64,000 bases of DNA from Acidimicrobiia bacterium (GTDB lineage Bacteria > Actinomycetota > Acidimicrobiia > Spongiisociales > ZC4RG35): the NCBI GenBank assembly GCA_965215185.1, contig OZ244034.1, positions 2,848,001 through 2,912,000 of the forward strand. Direction: 5' to 3'. The notes under the pieces are model-generated. The model saw nothing but the letters and a program-made list of their open reading frames with translations. It did no database searches and had not been told where the DNA came from. Of the stretch, positions 10,791-20,369 are shown one piece after another. Numbering within the stretch: position 1 is the stretch's first letter; each line of letters opens with the position of its first letter. Both the position numbers and the translations under genes were made by a program.

Positions 10791-10819
10791 TTGACATTGT
10801 TCGATCCCCGGTCTATATT
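10791..10819 (+). promoter_or_regulatory. SigA-type promoter of whiB
   Basis: TTGACA (10791-10796), 17-nt spacer, TATATT (10814-10819). Confidence 0.75.
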
Positions 10820-10905
10820 TCGCGTTTGTAGTTACACGCATGTAATAGCGGAACCTCTGGGGACGTGCGCATTTAGGAATGTGCAAAGTCAGGAAAGGAC
10901 AAATA

Positions 10906-11181
10906 ATGCGACGTAGTTTGATCGAAGCCCTGACTACCGTGCCGCTGGATTGGCAGAACTATGCCAACTGCCTGGGAGCGGACGCCGACTTGTTCTTTCC
11001 CGAACGGGGTTCATCCACCCGCAAAGCCAAAGCGATTTGCGGGGAGTGCGAGGTGAGAATCGAGTGTCTCGAATTTGCTTTGGACAACGGCGAGCGGTTT
11101 GGCATCTGGGGAGGCCTGTCGGAACGGGAGCGGCGGCGCGTCAGGCACGATAGGGTCCGGAGGACCGCGGTAGCTTCCTGA
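10906..11181 (+). CDS. whiB: WhiB family Fe-S transcription factor (WhiB/WhiB2-like)
   Basis: Four Cys (ANC...ICGEC...EC), LFFPERG, ERFGIWGGLSERERR; AGGAAAGGA RBS. Confidence 0.93.
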   Translation: MRRSLIEALTTVPLDWQNYANCLGADADLFFPERGSSTRKAKAICGECEVRIECLEFALDNGERFGIWGGLSERERRRVRHDRVRRTAVAS

Positions 11182-11224
11182 CGACATCCCTACAATGGGG
11201 TAGCGGCAAGGTTAGAGGGAATAC

Positions 11225-12133
11225 ATGGAATTACTGATCGCTTTCGGTGTACTCGTGCTGGCATTGGCCGGCTTGGTCATTTTGCTAATGTGGCTGTTTC
11301 GTCGTTACCGGCGCAGTTTTTCCGCCGAATCGGAGCCCGATCCCTTGGTACCCCTTCCCAATGTTGAGGATCTTTCGGTCTCCGGCGAGACTATCCGGGT
11401 TACTTTCGGGGTTCCGATGGTCGAGGACGATCCAATCCTCACCGAGTTGCTGAACTACTACGCGTTGGAGGCGGTGCGGCGCGCCCGTGAGACTCTGCCC
11501 TTGGATGGTATGGAAGGATTGGAAGTTTTTGTCTCGCATCAGGGCCGTTCGAAGAAGGTGGGAAACGTGGTATTCGATGAGCCGGGAAGGCTGCCTGAAG
11601 GTGGGCCGGTCCCGGAGATCGTCAAGCTGTCCACGGTGATGGAGGATCCGCTCGACAGCGACTTTGTTGCCCAAAAGTCCTCGGCCGCTGCTGTCGTCCA
11701 TGCTGAGGGAGAGATGCTCGCTCCGCTTGGTACGACATTGAAGATTCCAGCCAAGGCGAAGGCAGCCCTGCGTCTGCAGGGGGTTGATCCCGAGAATATG
11801 ACGGCTGGCGAGTTGGTGCGAGGCATAATGGCGTTGCGAGGCTACACAATTTCTGAGGGCCCCGATGCCCACACCCATCACGCTCGCAAGGGTGCGGCCA
11901 ATGTGTTGTTGAAAGAGATTCCCCACAGTCCGGGCGGCTATCCCGAACTCTCCGAAAAGGAAGTGCAACGATTTGTAATGGACATGGTCGGTTCGCCCAT
12001 GTCCCGCGCCATGCTGGTGACGGAAAAATACGGGCCGTTTTCGGTTTACGAGTTGGAACGCAGAGACCCCAGGTTGCGGTTTGTTACCAGGGAACGGCTC
12101 CAAAAAGCCTTAGATGCGTTATCCTTGGGGTAA
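11225..12133 (+). CDS. Membrane-anchored hypothetical protein with C-terminal Mrr-like (restriction endonuclease fold) region
   Basis: N-terminal TM helix; the C-terminal pattern LVRGIMALRGY...VLLK...EVQRF...AMLVT...LRFVTRERL parallels Mrr_cat. Confidence 0.55.
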   Translation: MELLIAFGVLVLALAGLVILLMWLFRRYRRSFSAESEPDPLVPLPNVEDLSVSGETIRVTFGVPMVEDDPILTELLNYYALEAVRRARETLPLDGMEGLEVFVSHQGRSKKVGNVVFDEPGRLPEGGPVPEIVKLSTVMEDPLDSDFVAQKSSAAAVVHAEGEMLAPLGTTLKIPAKAKAALRLQGVDPENMTAGELVRGIMALRGYTISEGPDAHTHHARKGAANVLLKEIPHSPGGYPELSEKEVQRFVMDMVGSPMSRAMLVTEKYGPFSVYELERRDPRLRFVTRERLQKALDALSLG

Positions 12134-12178
12134 GAGTCCTTCGCTCCATGGCGGAGAAGCCCAAAAAAGGAGAGAACT

Positions 12179-12370
12179 TTGTTCGGTATGAAGCCCCTGG
12201 AACTTGGGATAATCGTTCTGATACTGCTACTCTTGTTCGGCGCCTCCAAGCTTCCCAAGCTGGCACGGTCGTTGGGATCGTCCGCCCGGGAGTTCCGCAA
12301 GGGGGTCGAAGACGGCGCAAAAGCAGGCGATGCCGCGGAGACCAACGCGGAAGCCACCGAGGAGTCTTAG
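12179..12370 (+). CDS. tatA: Twin-arginine translocase TatA/E subunit
   Basis: ELGIIVLILLLLFGASKLPKLARSLGSSAREFRKG. Confidence 0.93.
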   Translation: MFGMKPLELGIIVLILLLLFGASKLPKLARSLGSSAREFRKGVEDGAKAGDAAETNAEATEES

Positions 12371-12415
12371 AACCACCTGCCCGGCCAGGTTGAGGGCGCG
12401 GCGCAGAACTGTTCT

Positions 12416-12874
12416 CTAAATAACCTGAAGGGCCTCTCTGTAGTTATTGAAGTCGCGGGGAGTTTTGACTGAGTCGGTGGAGATTATTTTCTGGATCACC
12501 CGGTCGGAGTCGAGCACGAAAGTGAACCGTAACGCGGCTCCCAGAACCTCGCTGAAGCATCCGTAGGCTTGGGCCGTCTGTCCGTGTGGCCAGAAGTCCG
12601 AAAGAATGGGGAATTCGAAGCCTTGTTCATCAGCCCATTTCTTATTGGAGAAGCGGGTATCGCAGGTTATCACCACCACATTGGCATCCAGGTTGGGCAG
12701 ATCGTCGAAATTGTCGCGAAGTTCGCATAACTCTCCCTCGCAGATGCCGGTGAAGGGGAAGGGGATGAACACCAGCAGGGTTTTCCTTTTGGGGAGTTCT
12801 TGGAGGGATACCTCGTTTCCGTCCTGATCTTTCAACGAAAATGAGGGGGCGATGGAGCCAACCTTGGCCGACAT
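12416..12874 (-). CDS. ahpE: Peroxiredoxin, AhpE type
   Basis: FIPFPFTGICEGELC and LSDFWPHG motifs. Confidence 0.85.
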   Translation of the reverse strand: MSAKVGSIAPSFSLKDQDGNEVSLQELPKRKTLLVFIPFPFTGICEGELCELRDNFDDLPNLDANVVVITCDTRFSNKKWADEQGFEFPILSDFWPHGQTAQAYGCFSEVLGAALRFTFVLDSDRVIQKIISTDSVKTPRDFNNYREALQVI

Positions 12875-12922
12875 ATCTGTATCTCCTGGGTTCGGGAAAA
12901 GGGTTACAGAAAGCTTACCGGT

Positions 12923-13999
12923 CTACCAGAGGGGATCCTCCAACAACACCCGAGCTGCCCAGCCGACCGGATCGGTGATCTCTTTGGGAGTGGGTAGCCC
13001 ATCGGGTTGCCAGATGTGCCGAGCTGCCACGGGCCCGAAACGTGCTTCGACTTCGGCCAGGAACGCGGTGCCGTCGGCCACGGCTTCCGCCGTTGTGGTA
13101 ACCATCATCCCAAGTTCTTTACCCCCATCGCCAAGGTGTAAGGCGAGGTCGCGTTCCGCGAAGATCTCTTCGAGGCCGGGCAATAACAGGGATGCCGCTT
13201 CGATCACCAGCCGACGGGACATGCTGCTAACTAAGCCCAAAAAGGCCTGCAGGTTCTGGCGGGCGGCAGCGCTGCTTGGGGAGTCGAACAGTCCCGCCTG
13301 GCCCATGTCGAGATCAAGTTGAAAGATGGCGGAGGGATCGGTTATCGAACCGAGTTGTTCCATGAGAGACTCTGGCGCCAACTGCAGGGTGGCGGCGTAC
13401 TCATCATTGAGGGTGCGAAATTGGTCATTTACATAGGGCAGGGAGAAAATCGCTCGGTGAGCCGTTTCGTGCAGAGCCGCCCACATACGCACCCCGCGGC
13501 CGTCCACCATGAGGTCGTCGGCCAAGTCCTCGATCACGGTGGCCACTAACAGGGTCCGGTTGGAGGAGACAGCGGGAAGACCCGTTTCGCATGATCCGAT
13601 TACCCGGCCTGCCATCGTCCCCGCCCAAGCTCCCAACTGCACCCCCGCCATCACCGGCCCCAGTGGGAGCAGCAGCGCCCAGGCCGGACCCTGGGAGTTG
13701 TCCCCCAACTGAGCAGCAAACGGCTCCACCATCGAGGCGAGTTCCTCCACCATCGCGTCGCCCCATTCCCGGGGGCCGAGGGGCGCCACCGACGAGGCAG
13801 GCAAAAAACTGAATGGAGCGACTTCGGAGATTTGATACTCGGCCAGTCTTACCAATTCGACGAGTTCATCAGCGTTCCAAGGGTTCACCGGTTGGGGTTC
13901 TCCGGCCAGATGGCGGGAGATCTCTCGAGCCAGATCCAAATTGACCGGACCGGGTTGACTGAACATTCGCATCAACCGGGAGAAAAGATCTTCGCTCAC
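12923..13999 (-). CDS. Zinc-dependent metalloprotease (actinobacterial Zincin_2/DUF2342 family)
   Basis: GPVNLDLA N-terminus, ALHETAH, IW..DGLPT.KEI.DP..W C-terminus; TAAAAT 7 nt before GTG. Confidence 0.8.
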   Translation of the reverse strand: MSEDLFSRLMRMFSQPGPVNLDLAREISRHLAGEPQPVNPWNADELVELVRLAEYQISEVAPFSFLPASSVAPLGPREWGDAMVEELASMVEPFAAQLGDNSQGPAWALLLPLGPVMAGVQLGAWAGTMAGRVIGSCETGLPAVSSNRTLLVATVIEDLADDLMVDGRGVRMWAALHETAHRAIFSLPYVNDQFRTLNDEYAATLQLAPESLMEQLGSITDPSAIFQLDLDMGQAGLFDSPSSAAARQNLQAFLGLVSSMSRRLVIEAASLLLPGLEEIFAERDLALHLGDGGKELGMMVTTTAEAVADGTAFLAEVEARFGPVAARHIWQPDGLPTPKEITDPVGWAARVLLEDPLW

Positions 14000-14109
14000 C
14001 CTTTCGATTTTACGGCAGTCGACGAGGAATGCTTCTTCCTGACATGCTTCTTAACAAACTCATTCCCTCACCTCGGCGGTTTTGACACCCACCGGCTAAC
14101 TTCATACCT

Positions 14110-14544
14110 ATGTCAGTGTTTTCTCCGGCCGTTCGCATCGCTGTCGTGGAGACCCCCATCGATGTGGCAGGTTTACTGGAGGAGGTAAGTTCTCCCCAAG
14201 CCGGGGCGGTGGCCCTGTTCTTGGGAACGGTCCGTAACCACTCCCCGCAACGCCAGGGAGTAACTCATCTGGAATACGAGGCATATACGTCGCAAGTGCG
14301 TGGAAAGATCGCTGAAATTGCCTGTGAGGCTTCGGAACGCTGGCCGGTTCTCTCCATGGCCGTGGAACACCGGGTGGGCAGGGTTGACATCGGAGGGGTG
14401 GCGGTGGCGGTGGCGGTATCCAGCGCTCATCGAGCGGAGGCATTCGCCGCGGCTCGCTATTTGATAGACGAGTTAAAAGAAAGAGCCCCTATTTGGAAGA
14501 AGGAGCATTGGACGGGAGGAGCGGAATGGTCCCTGGGGTCTTGA
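14110..14544 (+). CDS. moaE: Molybdopterin synthase large subunit
   Basis: GAVALFLGTVR, LEYEAY, HRVG, SSAHR and PIWKKE motifs. Confidence 0.93.
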   Translation: MSVFSPAVRIAVVETPIDVAGLLEEVSSPQAGAVALFLGTVRNHSPQRQGVTHLEYEAYTSQVRGKIAEIACEASERWPVLSMAVEHRVGRVDIGGVAVAVAVSSAHRAEAFAAARYLIDELKERAPIWKKEHWTGGAEWSLGS

Positions 14545-14630
14545 GATGCTTAACGTAGGCTTTGGCGATCATTTCGAAATTCTCTTGATATTCTGTTAAA
14601 AGCCTCTGTTTATTTGAAAAGGAGCTTCGG

Positions 14631-16517
14631 GTGACTGTCGTATTGGAGAGAAGCCAATCCTTGCCGGAAATCCCACTTGGGACCAAAACCGTAGCCGGGC
14701 TGGTCAAAGAACGCGCTATCCGTACTCCCGAATTGGTGGCCTTGCGGGAAAAGGACTATGGGATTTGGCAGGAGATCACTTGGGGCGAGTACTGGGAGCA
14801 GGCGCTGCTGGCCGCCCATGGTCTGCTGGCTCTGGGAGTGGAGGTTGGTGACCGAGTATCCATCCATTCCGAGGACCGGCCCGAATGGGTGATACTGGAT
14901 GTGGCCACCGTGGCGGTGCGGGGAATAACGGTTGGTCTCTACCCAACCAATCCCGCGTCCGAGGTGCAGTACCTGCTCTCCGATTCCGGTGCTCGGGTAC
15001 ATCTGGCTGAGGACCAGGAACAAGCCGACAAGCTGATGGAAGTGATCGACACCCTTCCCCAAGTGGAGAAGGTCATCCACGTTGAGCCGCGTGGATTTCG
15101 CCCCTACCGCAACGACCCACGTTTCATCTTCTGGGAAGCCTTCCTGGAGTTGGGGCGGCGGCACCGCACCGAGCACCCGAACGCAGTGGAGGGGCGTATG
15201 GCCGATGCCCGTTCTGACGATTTAATGACGCTTGTCTATACCTCAGGCACCACCGGCCCTCCCAAGGGGGCGATGTTGGACAACGCCAACGCGGAGTACT
15301 GCTTCAACGAACTCATCAAAGCAGCGGACCGCATGCCGAACAACGTGGGGCCCAATCCCTCCGACGAGATACTCACCTACCTGCCCCTCTGTCATGTGGC
15401 CGAACGAATCTTCTCCACGTGGACCTCGGCGGTTTCCGGCACCACCCTCAACTTTGCCGAATCCATCGAGACAGTGCAGGAGAACCTGCGGGAAGTTCAG
15501 CCTACTCTCTTCTTCGCGGTTCCTCGTATCTGGGAAAAGCTCCATGCGTCTGTGATCATCAAGAGCAAGGACGCCACTTGGTTCAAGCGGGTTCTCATGT
15601 CGTTCAGCAATGGTCTGGCCCGACTGGTCGGGCGACAGAGAGTCAAGAATGGGGGGAAACACACTCTGTTCAGCCTGCTGCTTTACCTGATCGGCTACCC
15701 GCTGGTCTTCCGAGCGCTGCGGGAGAGGATCGGTCTGCGCCGTTGCCGGTGGGCCGGGAGCGGCGCCGCTCCTATCGCTCCCGAGGTGATCGAATTCTTC
15801 CATGGCCTGGGGGTGAATCTGTACGAATTGTACGGGATGACCGAGAACGCAGCGGTGGCGACCAACAATTTCCACGGACGGATGAAGCTGGGCACGGTGG
15901 GAGAACCCTACCCGGGAATAGGCCTGCGGATTGATCCTGAAACCGGGGAGATCCAGACCAAACACCCGGGCGTGTTCCGGGGATACTGGAACAAACCGGA
16001 AAAGACCGTCGATGCTTTCACCGAGGATGGATGGTTGCGCACCGGAGATGTGGGGGAGTGGGTGGACGAAACGTACGTAAAGATCGTGGACCGGATCAAG
16101 CACATCATCATCACCTCGGGCGGAAAGAACATTTCTCCATCGGAGATTGAGAACAGCCTCAAAACCTCTCCTTATGTGAAAGAGGCCATGGTGATCGGAG
16201 ATGGGAAAAACTATCTCACCGCGTTGATCGGCATCGAGTTAGACACGGTGGGAGATTGGGCCACCCGTCGGGCTATCCCTTACACCACCTATCGCGACCT
16301 CGGGGAGAAACCCGAGGTGCTCAAGCTGATTCAAGAGGTCATCAACCTGACCAACTCAAAATTCGCCCGGGTGGAGAATATCCGTAAATTCCGCATGCTC
16401 CCCAAGGAACTTGATCATGAGGACGGGGAGTTGACGGCCACCCAGAAGCTGAAGAGAGAGTCTATGGAAGAGATGTTTGGAGAACTGATTGTCGGCATGT
16501 ATTCGGCAGGGGCCTGA
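14631..16517 (+). CDS. Long-chain acyl-CoA synthetase (AMP-binding)
   Basis: YTSGTTGPPKG, YGMTE, WLRTGD, GGKNISP and ELTATQK motifs. Confidence 0.92.
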   Translation: MTVVLERSQSLPEIPLGTKTVAGLVKERAIRTPELVALREKDYGIWQEITWGEYWEQALLAAHGLLALGVEVGDRVSIHSEDRPEWVILDVATVAVRGITVGLYPTNPASEVQYLLSDSGARVHLAEDQEQADKLMEVIDTLPQVEKVIHVEPRGFRPYRNDPRFIFWEAFLELGRRHRTEHPNAVEGRMADARSDDLMTLVYTSGTTGPPKGAMLDNANAEYCFNELIKAADRMPNNVGPNPSDEILTYLPLCHVAERIFSTWTSAVSGTTLNFAESIETVQENLREVQPTLFFAVPRIWEKLHASVIIKSKDATWFKRVLMSFSNGLARLVGRQRVKNGGKHTLFSLLLYLIGYPLVFRALRERIGLRRCRWAGSGAAPIAPEVIEFFHGLGVNLYELYGMTENAAVATNNFHGRMKLGTVGEPYPGIGLRIDPETGEIQTKHPGVFRGYWNKPEKTVDAFTEDGWLRTGDVGEWVDETYVKIVDRIKHIIITSGGKNISPSEIENSLKTSPYVKEAMVIGDGKNYLTALIGIELDTVGDWATRRAIPYTTYRDLGEKPEVLKLIQEVINLTNSKFARVENIRKFRMLPKELDHEDGELTATQKLKRESMEEMFGELIVGMYSAGA

Positions 16518-16553
16518 ACGGTACCTGCTGTTGGGGTTTAGGCAGAACAATCC

Positions 16554-17528
16554 ATGATGGTGACCGAACTGTCGTCCGTCGGGTTGCTGGCTCAGGCCGA
16601 ACACAGCCAATTGGCGGGGACTTTGGTCAGCGGTCTTTCGTTGGGAACCATCTATGCCCTGCTGGCGATGGGGTTCGTGATTATTTTCAAAGCCACCCAG
16701 GTGGTGAACTTCGCCCACGGCGCCTTGGCCACGGTGGGGGCATTCATCACCGCCGGGGTGGCGGTGGAACTCAACTTCCCCGGCCGCTTTATCGATGTCC
16801 ATCCCCTTCTGGGATGGTCGATCTCCGTGATTGTGGCGCTGCTGCTCTCGGCGCTGCTGGGCATCCTGTTGGAAAGGGTCTTTCTGCGTCCCATGGTGGG
16901 AGAGGCCCTTTTCTCGGTGGCCATTGTCACCTTGGGTATCAACGCCATATTGATGACCATCGTCACCGACTACATCGGGCCCGATCCCCGCTCCATGGCA
17001 GACCCTTGGGGGTCTGCGACCTCCGATCTGGGGTTTGTGATCATAGCCCATACCGAGATCGCCCAGTTTGTGGTGGCTGTGGCGCTGGTGCTGCTGGTGG
17101 CCGTCTTTTTTCGTACCCGCACCGGCATCGCTATGCGCGCCACCGCTTTCGATCAGGAGGCAGCCCGCGCCCAGGGGATCAGGGTGGGCGCCATTTTTGC
17201 CATTGCCTGGGCGATCGGGGCGGTGTTGGCCACGGTGGGTGGGATCTTCGGGTCCGTTTATCCCCGGCGGGTTGGGGTATACCCCGACACCGCTCTCTTA
17301 GTCTTCCGGGCTTTCCCAGCCATCATTTTGGGAGGCCTGGATTCGGTGGTGGGGGCGGTGGTGGGAGGATTGGCGGTGGGAGTGGCCGAGGCTGCTGCGG
17401 GCAGCTACCTCAACCACCCGTTGTTCGGCGCTGGCTTCAGTGGGATAGTTCCCTATCTGCTGATGATGATCGTGCTGTTCATTCGTCCCTACGGGATCTT
17501 TGGAACTAAGGAGATCAGACGCGTATGA
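16554..17528 (+). CDS. LIV/HAAT-type ABC transporter permease (LivH-like)
   Basis: YALLAMGF, VNFAHG, GIAMRA and ILGGLDS motifs. Confidence 0.9.
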   Translation: MMVTELSSVGLLAQAEHSQLAGTLVSGLSLGTIYALLAMGFVIIFKATQVVNFAHGALATVGAFITAGVAVELNFPGRFIDVHPLLGWSISVIVALLLSALLGILLERVFLRPMVGEALFSVAIVTLGINAILMTIVTDYIGPDPRSMADPWGSATSDLGFVIIAHTEIAQFVVAVALVLLVAVFFRTRTGIAMRATAFDQEAARAQGIRVGAIFAIAWAIGAVLATVGGIFGSVYPRRVGVYPDTALLVFRAFPAIILGGLDSVVGAVVGGLAVGVAEAAAGSYLNHPLFGAGFSGIVPYLLMMIVLFIRPYGIFGTKEIRRV

Positions 17529-18766
17529 GAGGCCGTCCCCACCTCTACACGTCTTACTCTGCCGATCAGGCGCTGATGCCCACGGCCGTCAAAAAGACCG
17601 CGTTAGCCATCCTTTTGGTCTTGGCGGCGCTGGCGCCGTTCGCATCCAGCATTCCCCTCTACCCGGATGTTCTGGGGGACAACGACTGGATGAAACTGTT
17701 TTCGCATGTCGCGATCTTTGGAATCGGGGCGCTGGGCATCAATCTGCTCACCGGGGTTGCCGGTCAGGTCTCGCTGGGCCATGCCTTTTTCATGGGGGTC
17801 GGCGCCTATGTGGGAGCGGTATTTGGTTCTCCTCCCGGCGATTTGTGGGGATGGGGCCTGCCCATGTGGATATGGCTTCCCATGGCGGCGATTATTCCGG
17901 CTGTGATCGGACTGCTGGTCGGCCCGGCGGCCGTGCGGGTTAGAGGTCTTTATCTGGCGTTTGCCACTCTGGGGCTGGTTTTCATCGGTGAATGGGCGTG
18001 GCGCAACCTGAAGTTTGTCTCCGGAGGGTCCTTTTCCGGACGGAAGTTCCCCAAGTTCGAGTTTCGGTTGTGGAAGGAGGAGAAACCGCTGGTGGATTTC
18101 TCCTCTGACGGGCTTTGGCTGGGGTTCGAGATCAGCGAAGAGGCCAAGATATATGTTCTGATGCTGGGGTTATTGGTGGTGGCCACGCTAGTGGCCAAGA
18201 ACCTGCAGCGCACGCGGGCGGGCCGCGCCTTCCAGGCCATCCGCGACCGCGATATCGCCGCGGAAGTTATGGGTGTAAACGAGTTTCGCTACAAGCTGAT
18301 GGCCTTTGGGATTTCCTCGGCTTATGCAGGGGTGGCGGGCGCCCTATTCGCCTCCTTCGTGGGACGTCAGATCCCCGAGACCTGGGATCTCTTCCTGTCG
18401 GTGGAGTTCATCGCCATCATCCTGATCGGTGGAGCGGGTACCGTCTCGGGCGCCTTGATGGGGTCGGCGTTCGTGATCCTCCTCCCCCGTCTGGTCCAAG
18501 ACTTCACTGATTGGTTGAGCGGGGTGATCGAAAGCGGCGACGGGATCCTGGCCAGCGCCGCCGATGTGGCTATCGCGGTGGGCCCCGACGATTTCGGACT
18601 GGTGAACATACTTCCCGGCACAGGGCCCGGTTTAACGGTGTTCCAACTCAACCAGGTCTTATTCGGTTTGTTGATCATCTTGTTCATGATCTTTGAGCCT
18701 TTGGGTTTGTACGGCATCTGGCTGCGGATCCGTAACTACTGGAAAGGATGGCCGTTTACCTATTAG
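17525..18766 (+). CDS. LIV/HAAT-type ABC transporter permease (LivM-like)
   Basis: GQVSLGHAFF, RGLYLA, GRAFQAIRD and EPLGL motifs. Confidence 0.9.
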   Translation: MRGRPHLYTSYSADQALMPTAVKKTALAILLVLAALAPFASSIPLYPDVLGDNDWMKLFSHVAIFGIGALGINLLTGVAGQVSLGHAFFMGVGAYVGAVFGSPPGDLWGWGLPMWIWLPMAAIIPAVIGLLVGPAAVRVRGLYLAFATLGLVFIGEWAWRNLKFVSGGSFSGRKFPKFEFRLWKEEKPLVDFSSDGLWLGFEISEEAKIYVLMLGLLVVATLVAKNLQRTRAGRAFQAIRDRDIAAEVMGVNEFRYKLMAFGISSAYAGVAGALFASFVGRQIPETWDLFLSVEFIAIILIGGAGTVSGALMGSAFVILLPRLVQDFTDWLSGVIESGDGILASAADVAIAVGPDDFGLVNILPGTGPGLTVFQLNQVLFGLLIILFMIFEPLGLYGIWLRIRNYWKGWPFTY

Positions 18767-18860
18767 TGGTGATTTCTATGAATAGATCATTCGGCGGAGT
18801 TCTAATCTTTTGCCTATGACACAAAACAACAAAAGCAAACGATTCGATAAGGAGTAAAAC

Positions 18861-20288
18861 ATGAAGACCAAATTCAAATGGTTGGCCATCCTTATGGCGT
18901 TCACCCTGATAGCGGCTGCCTGCGGGGGAGGAGACGACGAGGCGGAGACGGCCACGACGGCTGCTCCTGCCACGACAGCTGCTCCTGCCACGACAGCTGC
19001 TCCTGCCACGACAGCTGCTCCCGAGGAGACCATGGAAGAAGAGACCATGGAAGAAGAAATGGACATGATGATCGCCACCGATATTGGTGTTGATCTCGAC
19101 GCTGGTGTTATCAAGGTGGGAATGCTTTCCGACCTGACCGGCGCCTTCGGAGGTCTGGTGGGCCTGGTTGTGGCGGGTGCCAACACCTTCTGGGCTGATG
19201 TCAACGCCAAGGGCGGAGTACACGGCCTTCAGGTGGAAATGGTTTTCCGTGATACCGTGTATTCGGTTGACAACCATGTCCAGTTCTATGAGGAACTCAA
19301 GGATGAGGTAGTGGCGTTCGGTCACTCAACCGGATCTCCGCACACCGTGGCAATCCGTGAGGACCTGGAGGAAGACGGCATTCTGGCCATCCCTCTCACC
19401 TGGTATTCGGGCTGGTCGGATCCGGCTTTGAACGCCAACCTCCTTTCCCATGGGACGCCCTACTGCCTTGAGGCGATGAATATGGTCGGGTATTTGCACG
19501 ACTTAGCGGTGGCAAACGGCGCGGCCAGCCCGACTATGGCGGTTGCCTCTTTCCCCGGCGACTACGGTCTGGACTCGGCGGCGGGCGCCAAAATAGCGGC
19601 TGAGACTCTTGGCATGGAAGTGGTCTATGACGGCTCGGGTCAAATTATTCCCGGTCAGGACAATGCTCCCATCGGCAACGCCATCGCTCAGAGCGGCGCC
19701 GACATAGTGTGGGTAACGGCCAACGCCGCCACACTCACCGAGGTCTATGGCGCAGCCATTTCGCAGGGATTCGAGGCGATGTGGTCGGGTGCGGCGCCCA
19801 CTTGGAGCGCTGCGTTCGTGGCGCCTGATTCCCCCATCAAGGATGCGGTGACCCGCGACTACTACGGGGGCACCTACTTCCCGCCCATTATCGACGACAC
19901 TCCCGGTATGCAGGCTCTGCGTGACCTGCTGGACCAGTACGCTCCTGACGTTCCCCGTATCGACTACATCATCGAAGGATTCGTCGAGGGAATGATCCTG
20001 TTCGAGGCTCTGAAGATTGCCTATGAGAACGGCGATATGACCCAGCGCGGGGTGCTGGCCGCGGCCAAGACCATCGAAGAGGTGGACTTTGGCGGGATCG
20101 CTCCCAACGAGAGTTACGTGGGCAGCCCCAACGAGCGTCTGCAACGTTCGATTTGGGTCAATCGTCCCGATCCAGAGGCCCTGGCGGCCGGGTTGACGGC
20201 CACCGGAACCAAGGTGATCGAGGCTAACTACACGCACCCGATTGCAGCTGCGTACGTATTCGAAGAGGCTTGCTACAAGCTCTCATAA
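18861..20288 (+). CDS. LIV-type ABC substrate-binding lipoprotein
   Basis: Lipobox IAAAC, Thr/Ala linker, IKVGMLSDLTG, NAKGGVHG; AAGGAG RBS. Confidence 0.88.
   Translation: MKTKFKWLAILMAFTLIAAACGGGDDEAETATTAAPATTAAPATTAAPATTAAPEETMEEETMEEEMDMMIATDIGVDLDAGVIKVGMLSDLTGAFGGLVGLVVAGANTFWADVNAKGGVHGLQVEMVFRDTVYSVDNHVQFYEELKDEVVAFGHSTGSPHTVAIREDLEEDGILAIPLTWYSGWSDPALNANLLSHGTPYCLEAMNMVGYLHDLAVANGAASPTMAVASFPGDYGLDSAAGAKIAAETLGMEVVYDGSGQIIPGQDNAPIGNAIAQSGADIVWVTANAATLTEVYGAAISQGFEAMWSGAAPTWSAAFVAPDSPIKDAVTRDYYGGTYFPPIIDDTPGMQALRDLLDQYAPDVPRIDYIIEGFVEGMILFEALKIAYENGDMTQRGVLAAAKTIEEVDFGGIAPNESYVGSPNERLQRSIWVNRPDPEALAAGLTATGTKVIEANYTHPIAAAYVFEEACYKLS
18951..19052 (+). repeat. Coding tandem repeats: 4x 18 bp (ATTAAP) plus 2x 15 bp (EETME)
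   Basis: GCCACGAC(A/G)GCTGCTCC(T/C) x4 at 18951-19022, then GA(G/A)GAGACCATGGAA x2. Confidence 0.9.
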
Positions 20289-20299
20289 ACACCAAGTGA

Positions 20300-20339
20300 C
20301 CAGGGCCGGTTTACCCACAGATGGGTAAACCGGCCCTGG
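20300..20339 (+). terminator. Perfect 18-bp stem-loop after the SBP gene (terminator or mRNA stabiliser)
   Basis: CCAGGGCCGGTTTACCCA-caga-TGGGTAAACCGGCCCTGG; no U-tract. Confidence 0.75.
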
Positions 20340-20369
20340 CGCCCACTAGTCCGGACATAGGGATCAGAC

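Noticed and set aside
18951-19052. Tandem repeats as a CRISPR array
   Set aside because: Contiguous in-frame coding repeats without spacers; no cas genes in the window.
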